A DNA stretch of 64,000 nt from an uncultured Tenacibaculum sp. (GTDB taxonomy: Bacteria > Bacteroidota > Bacteroidia > Flavobacteriales > Flavobacteriaceae): the NCBI GenBank assembly GCA_965364955.1, contig CBDTZS010000001.1:5324-69323 (forward strand). Reading direction: 5' to 3'. The first letter of the stretch is position 1, and the number at the start of each line of letters is the position of its first letter. The notes under the pieces were generated by a model. The model was not told the DNA's origin, did no database searches, and saw nothing but the letters and a program-made list of their open reading frames with translations. The translations under genes were made by a program, and so were the position numbers. Below are positions 56,894-64,000 of this stretch, piece by piece.

Positions 56894-57297
56894 TTTGTAA
56901 AAGCATAAAAAACATTCATTTATTAGTCTCTACTATTGTTATTATTATGATTTTAATGTAAGGCGGAAACCCAAGTAAGGTTTTATTTTAGATTTTGAAG
57001 TTGGAAATATAGCATTGAAAATTATTTTTCGCGTTATAATGGTGTTTGTATTTGACTTTTGATGTCTTTTTGGTATTGGAGTTTTTAAAAAGATACTATT
57101 GGTAGATAGTAACACTTACAAACGTATTGTTTATAGGGGTTTATCTTTTGGTAGAGTCGTTCGTTTTGTTTTTTACGGAGTATCATATCAGTACTTGTCA
57201 GGGTTAATTTTAGCGTTTATTTTTATGTTTTTTGGCTTGTATAATTTTTATAGAAAAAAAAGATAAAAAAAGCTTTGCTCAAGTGAGAAACAGTTTT

Positions 57298-57305
57298 TAT
57301 ATTTG
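57298..57305 (+). promoter_or_regulatory. -7 promoter box (TATATTTG) of tRNA-Glu copy 1
   Basis: TAnnTTTG match with a TTTG element 20 nt upstream (57274-57277). The tRNA starts 30 nt downstream. Confidence 0.6.
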
Positions 57306-57334
57306 CACCCGCAATCAGAAAATTTGATTGCTCT

Positions 57335-57406
57335 GGTCCGTTCGTCTAGGGGTTAGGACGCATGGTTTTCATCCATGTAACACGGGTTCGATTCCCGTAC
57401 GGACTA
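57335..57406 (+). tRNA. tRNA-Glu (anticodon TTC), copy 1
   Basis: I folded it by hand. Acceptor GGTCCGT/ACGGACT, D-arm GTCT-AGGGGTTA-GGAC, anticodon stem CATGG/CCATG with loop TTTTCAT, T-arm ACGGG-TTCGATT-CCCGT. Confidence 0.9.
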
Positions 57407-57497
57407 CAAGTTTTAATTAGCGTTTATACGGAGTTTAAAAACTTTAATTAATTGATAATTAAAAAATAAAATTTATTGCAGATATAGAAAAGTTTTG

Positions 57498-57505
57498 TAT
57501 ATTTG
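57498..57505 (+). promoter_or_regulatory. -7 promoter box (TATATTTG) of tRNA-Glu copy 2
   Basis: Same 8-mer at the same distance from the second tRNA copy. Confidence 0.55.
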
Positions 57506-57530
57506 CAGCCGCAATCAGAACGATTGTTTT

Positions 57531-57602
57531 GGTCCGTTCGTCTAGGGGTTAGGACGCATGGTTTTCATCCATGTAACACGGGTTCGATTCCCGTACGGAC
57601 TA
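57531..57602 (+). tRNA. tRNA-Glu (anticodon TTC), copy 2
   Basis: Sequence identical to copy 1 over all 72 nt. Confidence 0.9.
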
Positions 57603-57636
57603 CAAGTTTTTTATAAACATTTAAGAATATAGTATA

Positions 57637-57888
57637 ATGGCAAATCACAAGTCAGCGATAAAGAGAATTAGAAGTAACGATGCAAAGCGTTTAAGAAATA
57701 AATATCAGCATAAAACAACACGTAATGCTGTTAGGAATTTAAAAGCTACAGAAGACAAGAAGGAAGCAGAAGGAATGCTTTCATCGGTTGTGTCTATGTT
57801 AGATAAATTAGCTAAAAACAACATTATTCATAAGAATAAAGCGGCTAACTTAAAATCTAAATTGGCTAAACACGTTGCAACTTTATAG
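57637..57888 (+). CDS. rpsT: 30S ribosomal protein S20
   Basis: [27 protein letters not shown] is a typical S20 N-terminus. 83 aa, basic. Confidence 0.93.
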   Translation: MANHKSAIKRIRSNDAKRLRNKYQHKTTRNAVRNLKATEDKKEAEGMLSSVVSMLDKLAKNNIIHKNKAANLKSKLAKHVATL

Positions 57889-57910
57889 AACGTATTAAAG
57901 TTATTTAATA

Positions 57911-57944
57911 AAAAACGCTTCAATTTTATTGAAGCGTTTTTTTT
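57911..57944 (+). terminator. intrinsic terminator after rpsT
   Basis: ACGCTTCAA-TTTTA-TTGAAGCGT followed by TTTTTTT. Confidence 0.8.
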
Positions 57945-58101
57945 GTGTACATAAGTTTTATTCTCTTAGTAATAAAGCGAGTTCTTCCGTATCAATAACA
58001 TTACTTAGTGTTTAATGGCTGTTATAGATACTTTTATTGATAGGTTTAGAATGCAATAACCTTATAGTTAGCTCTCTTAATGCTGAGGTATGAACGCTCT
58101 T

Positions 58102-59379
58102 TTACCAGTCGTATTTTTTATGAGCGTCTAATCTTATGAAGATGAAAAGAAGTATGGTAAAACCCCAAAGAGAAGATCCTCCATAGCTAAAAAAAGGTAA
58201 AGGAATTCCAATAGTAGGTAATAGCCCGATAACCATTCCTATGTTTACAATTATGTGAAAGAATATAATTGAAGCAACACCATAACCATATATTCTACTA
58301 AATTTATTGGTTTGTACTTCAGATAAGTAAATAATTCTATAGAGTAATAACATAAAGAGAATAATTACTAAGGAGCTTCCTAAAAACCCCCATTCTTCCC
58401 CTACAGTGCTATAAATATAATCAGTCTCCTGCTCAGGAACAAATTTACCTTGAGTTCTATCACCTTGTAAAAAACCTTTCCCCAGAAAGCCTCCAGAGCT
58501 AATTGTTAATTCAGATTGATAAGTATTATATCCTTTGTTCTTAAGGTCTGTTGTTTTGCCTAAAAGAATATCAAATCTGTCCTTTTGATGTGGTTCTAAT
58601 ATATTATCATAAGTATATCCAATTCCAAAAATAAATAAACTAGCAAATAGATATAAGCTTATTATTTTTATAGCATTGAAACGAAGAAAACGTTTGTTTT
58701 TATACATTCCGTATATAGTTGCCAAAGTGATGATTGATAGACAAATTATAAGAACCCATTTTGCGCCAAAATAAATAGTTAATATGAATAAAAGTATCGA
58801 CATAGCACCGAATAAAAGATAGACTAAACTTAGTCCTTCTCTATTTAAAACAAAAAAGAAGGCAAAGTAAATTAAAACAGAACCCATATCAGGTTGAAGC
58901 GCAATAAAAAAAGCAGGTAAAAATATCACGACAAATGTTTTTAGCTGGTTTTTAAATAGTTTTAAGTTGTACTTTCGATCACTCATTAGTTTTGCAAGAG
59001 CTAAGGCTGTAAATACCTTTGCAAATTCAGAAGGTTGTAGCCCTATCCCTCCGAAGTTATACCAGGATGTAGCTCCGTTAATTTTTTTTCCAAAAATCAA
59101 AACTCCAGCTAACAAGGCTAAAGAAAGGATGTATAAAACACTTGAAAATCGCTCGTAAAATTTTGAGTTAAAAAATAAAATAAGAATGATAACAGGAATA
59201 CTAAGGCATATGAAAATAAACTGTTTACCATATTTTGTAGAGAAACTGAAAACTTCTCTAGTATCATCTGTCGATGATGACGCATAAATATTCATCCACC
59301 CGAAACTAACAAGTAGAATATATAGTAAAATAAGCAACCAGTCGATGCCTTCAAAAATATTATTTCGTTCCTGACGCAA
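58102..59379 (-). CDS. rodA: rod shape-determining protein RodA (SEDS peptidoglycan polymerase)
   Basis: FtsW/RodA/SpoVE family motifs (LQPSEFAK, ETDYIYSTVGEEWGF, IPLPFFSYGGSS). Last gene of the mre operon. Confidence 0.88.
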   Translation of the reverse strand: MRQERNNIFEGIDWLLILLYILLVSFGWMNIYASSSTDDTREVFSFSTKYGKQFIFICLSIPVIILILFFNSKFYERFSSVLYILSLALLAGVLIFGKKINGATSWYNFGGIGLQPSEFAKVFTALALAKLMSDRKYNLKLFKNQLKTFVVIFLPAFFIALQPDMGSVLIYFAFFFVLNREGLSLVYLLFGAMSILLFILTIYFGAKWVLIICLSIITLATIYGMYKNKRFLRFNAIKIISLYLFASLFIFGIGYTYDNILEPHQKDRFDILLGKTTDLKNKGYNTYQSELTISSGGFLGKGFLQGDRTQGKFVPEQETDYIYSTVGEEWGFLGSSLVIILFMLLLYRIIYLSEVQTNKFSRIYGYGVASIIFFHIIVNIGMVIGLLPTIGIPLPFFSYGGSSLWGFTILLFIFIRLDAHKKYDW

Positions 59380-61243
59380 GAGTATCTTTCTTTTTAATTA
59401 ATTTATTATATTCACTTTGAAGACTCAAATTAATCATGCGGTCTTCAATATGTTTTTTTGCAATAGTTCCTTTTAAGTACTTTTCAATCATTAAACTTGT
59501 TATAGGAGCAGCAATTGTTGAACCGTATCCGCCGTTTTCTACAAAAATAGCAATAGCTATTTTTGGGTCTTCTTTTGGAGCAAAGGCAATGAAAATAGAG
59601 TGATCTTGTGCTTGTACCTTTTTTCCATCTATCATTTTTATTTTATTCTCAGCGGTTCCTGTTTTACCACAGATATCAATACCTTTTATTTGAAACCATT
59701 TAGCAGTTCCATATGTGAAAACTTCATGCATAGCTTCAATTACAACCGGAAAATGAGTAGGGTTTATTGTCGTATTTCTTCGAGTGGAGTAAGTAGAATC
59801 TATTATTGATTTATTATTGATTTTTTTTACTATATGAGGAGTGTAAAAATACCCTCTATTAGCTATTGCAGCAGTCATGTTTGCTAATTGCATAGGTGTT
59901 GTTTCTATTTCACCTTGGCCTATTGAATTAGAAATTGTGTAAGTAGTTTTAAAACTTTTTTTATACCATTTGTTATAGAATGTTGAATCAGGTATCCTAC
60001 CAGGTTGTCCAGAAGGTAAGTCATAACCTAAATAGTTACCTAAACCAAAACTTTTTGCGTGTTTGCTCCAGTTTTCTATTCCTATTTTTGAATTCTCGTA
60101 TTTATCTAAAATTTTTCTATATGTGGTAGCAAAGTAACTATTACAAGATTTTGCGATTGCAGTCTTCAAATGAATAGGTCGGCCTGTAATGCCGCAGTGA
60201 CATTTCATGAATTCATTTGTACGCTTTCCATAACTATAACCATGATGACAATACACACTAAATTTTTCATCAATTACACCTTCTTGTAATCCTATTAAGC
60301 CATTGATGATTTTAAAAGGTGATCCAGGAGGGTACATTGCCTGTAAGCCCCTATCGAAAGTAGGCATGTTAATAGTGTCGTTAAATAATTTCACTGAATT
60401 TGGAGAGCGCTTTCTTCCTACTAATAAATTAGGGTCATAAGAAGGAGCCGTTATCAAAGCGAGTATTTCGCCAGTTTTAGGCTCTATTGCGACAATTCCT
60501 CCTCTTTTTCCACTCATTAATAGCTCACCGTATTGTTGTAATTCACTATCAATAGTCAGTGTTAAATCTTTCCCCGTTACAGCAAGTGTATCGTACTCTC
60601 CGTCTTTATAAGAACCTGTAATTTTATTTAAGTTGTTTCTTTTAAAGCGTTTTGTTCCTTTTACTCCTCTAAGAGCAGCTTCGTATTGTTTTTCAACGCC
60701 AAGTTTCCCTATCAACTCTCCTTGTTCATAGTAATGGCTTGTTCTTGCTTTTTTTTCGTTGACTTCAGCAATAAAGCCAACGATGTTTGCTGCGGATTTT
60801 ATTGGGTAGTCTCGAATAATACGTTTTTGAATATAGAAACCTTTATATTTAGGTAGCTTTTCTTGTAAATAAGCAAAGTCTTCTTTTGCTAATTGTTTTA
60901 AAAATACAGATGGCAACCAACGAGCAAACTTCTTGGCTTTTTTAAAACGTCTTTCAAAACTTTTTTTATCTATTTTTAAAAGAGAACAGAACTCTAAAGT
61001 ATCTAAAGGTTCAACATCTTTAGGTACTATCATTACATCATATGATAGTTGGTTGGCAACAAGTAGTTTTCCATTTCTATCGTATACATGTCCTCGTTCA
61101 GGGTAATCATATTCAATTTTAACAGCAGAACTTTGTATTGGGTTTTGATTTCCTCCACGAATAACTTGTAATTGAAACAACCTAGCAATGTAGATTATTC
61201 CAATAAATGTGATTAAAAATATGAGTAGAAAACTTCGTTTCAT
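59360..61243 (-). CDS. mrdA: penicillin-binding protein 2
   Basis: N-terminal anchor, SPFK active-site motif (PGSPFKII), SCN (KSCNSYF) and KTGTA. Lies between mreD and rodA. Confidence 0.9.
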   Translation of the reverse strand: MKRSFLLIFLITFIGIIYIARLFQLQVIRGGNQNPIQSSAVKIEYDYPERGHVYDRNGKLLVANQLSYDVMIVPKDVEPLDTLEFCSLLKIDKKSFERRFKKAKKFARWLPSVFLKQLAKEDFAYLQEKLPKYKGFYIQKRIIRDYPIKSAANIVGFIAEVNEKKARTSHYYEQGELIGKLGVEKQYEAALRGVKGTKRFKRNNLNKITGSYKDGEYDTLAVTGKDLTLTIDSELQQYGELLMSGKRGGIVAIEPKTGEILALITAPSYDPNLLVGRKRSPNSVKLFNDTINMPTFDRGLQAMYPPGSPFKIINGLIGLQEGVIDEKFSVYCHHGYSYGKRTNEFMKCHCGITGRPIHLKTAIAKSCNSYFATTYRKILDKYENSKIGIENWSKHAKSFGLGNYLGYDLPSGQPGRIPDSTFYNKWYKKSFKTTYTISNSIGQGEIETTPMQLANMTAAIANRGYFYTPHIVKKINNKSIIDSTYSTRRNTTINPTHFPVVIEAMHEVFTYGTAKWFQIKGIDICGKTGTAENKIKMIDGKKVQAQDHSIFIAFAPKEDPKIAIAIFVENGGYGSTIAAPITSLMIEKYLKGTIAKKHIEDRMINLSLQSEYNKLIKKKDTLASGTK

Positions 61244-61299
61244 CTGTTGTTCATTATCGTTTTACTAGCTAAGATTTAAGGCTTAGTGATTTAGAGCTT

Positions 61300-61806
61300 T
61301 TATATTAATTTTTTCTTGAATATAAAGCTAGCTAAAAAATATAACACTAAGGTAAATACACTTGAGAAAAGTGTGTTTATTAGTACGGTTGAAAAATTGT
61401 AAAAGCTAAAATTAATTAAACTAAATAAAAGAAAGTGATGAAAGAATGTTAAAATTACGGTGTAATTAAAAACTTCACCAAATGTTTGGAGTCTTAAATT
61501 AAATAAAAGGTAATCTGATTCGTTTTTCTTGAAAATAGTTTTAACAAAAAATAACCTTATATATGCTATAAATAAGATCGAAAAAGCATGTACTCCGCCA
61601 GAGTTTGAAAATGCATCAACACATAAACCTAGTAAAAAAGCCAAGCTTAAAAATGGAAATCGGTTCGTTTTTAATGGGTATAAAAAGACAAAAACAATGT
61701 ATAAATAGGGATTTATATATCCTAAAAACAAAACATTGTTTAATATGAGTACTTGTAACAGTAATAGGAAGATAAATAGGAATATGATGTAAATTGTTCT
61801 ATTCAT
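61300..61806 (-). CDS. mreD: rod shape-determining protein MreD
   Basis: 168-aa polytopic membrane protein immediately after mreC with an 8-nt overlap. Called by position and topology. Confidence 0.7.
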   Translation of the reverse strand: MNRTIYIIFLFIFLLLLQVLILNNVLFLGYINPYLYIVFVFLYPLKTNRFPFLSLAFLLGLCVDAFSNSGGVHAFSILFIAYIRLFFVKTIFKKNESDYLLFNLRLQTFGEVFNYTVILTFFHHFLLFSLINFSFYNFSTVLINTLFSSVFTLVLYFLASFIFKKKLI

Positions 61807-62620
61807 TTTTATTTTCTACTCTTTTAATTTCCTCTTTATTAAGGTTTGTAATTATATAGATATGTCCTAAGTTAGACATGTCGTTAAATAATTCAATACT
61901 AATAGTATTTGAAGCTGATAATTTTTTAGGGATTTCAATGACTGTTCCTACAGGAATTCCTCTGGGAAAAATAGCTGATTTCCCATTTGTAATAATGGTA
62001 TCTCCTATTTTGAAAATTGCTTGACGAGGTATGTCTGTTAACTGAACAGTATTGTAATCTTTCCCATTCCATTTTAATGTACCATAATGAGTATTGTTCT
62101 TAAAACCTGCATTAATACTACTTTTAGAATTTAAAATGGATTGAACTCTCGCAAAATTACTAGTAACATTGTCTGTAATTCCAAGAAGTCCTTTGCTATT
62201 AATAACTGCCATTTCTGGAGTTACTCCATTTTTAGAACCTCTATTTATAGTAATGAAGTTATTAGCGTTGCTATATGAGTTTTTAGTTATTTTTCCATTG
62301 ATGTATAAAAACCTTTGATTAGAATTTGAGGTGTTTATAGTTGTTTTTACAGTATCAATAATAACGTATAATAGGTCTAATTTATTTTTTAGAATCGTGT
62401 TTTCTTCTGAAAGTTCTTTATTTCTACTTTTAAGATTAAGATATTCTGAAAATTCTGATGATTTTTGATACAAGCTACCTGTTATATAATTGGTAGAGCT
62501 AATGAATTTACTTCTGTGAAAGGAATGATTGTTAATGATTAATGCAACAGCAATAATTTCTAGAAATAGAAAAAACAAGAAGTTTTTATACCTCTGAAAG
62601 AAATAAATAAGCTGTTGCAT
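61799..62620 (-). CDS. mreC: rod shape-determining protein MreC
   Basis: N-terminal TM helix, coiled-coil LKSRNKELSEENTILKNKL, and a beta-rich C-terminal region (GDTIITNGKSAIFPRGIPVG). Confidence 0.8.
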   Translation of the reverse strand: MQQLIYFFQRYKNFLFFLFLEIIAVALIINNHSFHRSKFISSTNYITGSLYQKSSEFSEYLNLKSRNKELSEENTILKNKLDLLYVIIDTVKTTINTSNSNQRFLYINGKITKNSYSNANNFITINRGSKNGVTPEMAVINSKGLLGITDNVTSNFARVQSILNSKSSINAGFKNNTHYGTLKWNGKDYNTVQLTDIPRQAIFKIGDTIITNGKSAIFPRGIPVGTVIEIPKKLSASNTISIELFNDMSNLGHIYIITNLNKEEIKRVENKNE

Positions 62621-62636
62621 AAATAATCATTCAAAT

Positions 62637-63665
62637 TTATTTGATTAATACAGATTTGTATTTCTCAAGATTTTTTAATGCAATACCAGTTCCTCTTACA
62701 ACTGCTCGTAAAGGATCTTCTGCAATATAAACGGGTAAATCTGTCTTTCTTGATAAACGTTTATCTAGACCTCTTAGCATAGAGCCACCGCCAGCTAAAT
62801 AAATACCAGTATTGTAAATATCGGCAGCTAATTCGGGTGGAGTTTTAGATAAGGTCTCCATAACAGCATCTTCGATACGTAATATTGATTTATCTAAAGC
62901 TTTTGCTATTTCTCTATATGAAACTTGTACTTGTTTTGGTTTTCCGCTCAATAAATCACGACCTTGCACCATCATGTCTTCAGGTGGATTGTCTAAATCT
63001 TCAGTAGCAGATCCTATTTGTATTTTTATTTTCTCAGCAGTAGTTTCACCCACATGTAAATTGTGTTGAGTACGCATATAGTACATAATATCACTAGTAA
63101 ATAAGTCACCAGCCACTTTTACAGATTGATCGCATACAATACCAGCAAGAGCTATTACAGCAATTTCCGTTGTACCACCACCTATATCAATAATCATGTT
63201 TCCTTTAGGTTCCATAATGTCAATACCAACACCAATAGCTGCAGCCATTGGTTCGAAAATTAAATAAATCTCTTTGGCATTCATATGACGACCAGAGTCA
63301 ATAACTGCGCGCTTTTCTACTTCAGTAATTCCAGAAGGAATACAAATAACCATTCGTAATGAAGGCGGGAAAAACTTCTTTTTTATCGCAGGAATCTGCT
63401 TTACAAATTCCTTAATCATCTCTTCAGATGCTTGAAAATCTGCAATAACTCCATCTTTTAACGGACGTATAGTCTTAATGTTTTCATGGGTTTTTCCTTG
63501 CATTCTGCTGGCTTCATGACCAGTAGCAATAATTTTACCAGTCAATCTGTTACGCGCAACAATAGAAGGGTTGTCAATGACAACTTTACCATTGTGGATT
63601 ATAAGTGTATTTGCAGTACCTAAATCGACTGCAATATCTTCCGTCATAAAATCGAAGAATCCCAT
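62637..63665 (-). CDS. mreB: rod shape-determining protein MreB
   Basis: Actin-fold motifs IAVDLGTANTLI, DIGGGTTEIAVI and LAGGGSMLRGLD. Confidence 0.95.
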   Translation of the reverse strand: MGFFDFMTEDIAVDLGTANTLIIHNGKVVIDNPSIVARNRLTGKIIATGHEASRMQGKTHENIKTIRPLKDGVIADFQASEEMIKEFVKQIPAIKKKFFPPSLRMVICIPSGITEVEKRAVIDSGRHMNAKEIYLIFEPMAAAIGVGIDIMEPKGNMIIDIGGGTTEIAVIALAGIVCDQSVKVAGDLFTSDIMYYMRTQHNLHVGETTAEKIKIQIGSATEDLDNPPEDMMVQGRDLLSGKPKQVQVSYREIAKALDKSILRIEDAVMETLSKTPPELAADIYNTGIYLAGGGSMLRGLDKRLSRKTDLPVYIAEDPLRAVVRGTGIALKNLEKYKSVLIK

Positions 63666-63746
63666 ATAAAGTCCGTTATTTTATTTATTCTTAATGTATT
63701 CTCACAAATCTAACAAAAATCTGTGGGTATTTCACACTGAATATGA

Positions 63747-64000
63747 TTAATGTTTAAAATGTCTTGTTCCTGTGAAAACCATAGAAACATTATGATTATT
63801 ACAATAATCAATACTTAATTGATCTTTAATTGAGCCACCAGGTTGAATTACACTTTTTACTCCCGCTTTATTTGCAATCTCTACACAGTCAGGAAAAGGG
63901 AAAAATGCATCACTAGCCATAACAGCTCCGTTTAAATCGAAATTAAAACTATTTGCTTTTTCAAGAGCTTGTGTTAATGCATCAACTCTACTTGTTTGAC
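63747..64000 (-). CDS. purH: bifunctional AICAR transformylase/IMP cyclohydrolase, C-terminal fragment (gene continues past the right edge)
   Basis: My own minus-strand translation gives ...[60 protein letters not shown] followed by stop (TAA at 63749-63747). This is a typical PurH C-terminus. Confidence 0.85.
   Translation of the reverse strand, partial: QTSRVDALTQALEKANSFNFDLNGAVMASDAFFPFPDCVEIANKAGVKSVIQPGGSIKDQLSIDYCNNHNVSMVFTGTRHFKH

Noticed and set aside
56628-56961. ORFs 56628..56915 (minus, 95 aa) and 56692..56961 (plus, 89 aa) around the proS 3-prime end
   Set aside because: They overlap the proS coding region out of frame or antisense, and they run through its terminator hairpin. 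No motifs are present.

Overview
AT-rich chromosomal window from a Bacteroidota, probably Flavobacteriia-like, genome. The lineage call rests on TAnnTTTG -7 promoter boxes, a GLPGLI-family protein, a PorT/SprT-like barrel, and an mraZ-to-ftsZ cluster without ddl or murB. About 60 protein genes, 3 tRNAs and many hairpin terminators are supported. Most of the window is core. It holds the full division/cell-wall cluster (27.9-43.3 kb: mraZ-rsmH-ftsL-ftsI-murE-mraY-murD-ftsW-murG-murC-ftsQ-ftsA-ftsZ) and the elongasome operon (58.1-63.7 kb, minus strand: mreB-mreC-mreD-mrdA-rodA). Other core genes are rpoD, an ECF sigma, proS, rpsT, fabD, rpe, ubiE/menG, a NifU-like protein, engB, an rluA-family gene, a purH fragment, a LytS/LytTR pair and an alkB-like/aldehyde dehydrogenase/nitroreductase block. 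The accessory-looking part is the left 5.5 kb, where every gene is on the minus strand. It carries a truncated unknown gene, a 550-aa P-loop NTPase, a tightly coupled TIR-like (ThsB/DUF1863-type) plus SLATT/DUF4231 two-TM gene pair, a small frame-disrupted gene, a 98-aa HNH nuclease and a multi-pass membrane protein. My best candidate for an uncharacterised system is the minimal TIR-SLATT pair, possibly working with the flanking NTPase or HNH. It looks like a membrane-targeting abortive-infection module with no cyclase, SLOG or Macro sensor partner. Secondary leads are two tandem terminator-capped hairpin RNAs with a conserved CGGGGG loop (49.6-49.8 kb), and an outer-membrane barrel paired with a charge-segregated, prion-like, Arg/Ser-rich lipoprotein (52.4-55.2 kb). 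Further leads are a triple AAAGTGG MraZ operator, an ECF sigma module without a canonical anti-sigma factor, and a REP/MITE-like inverted repeat. All family assignments come from motif recognition by eye. No searches were run.
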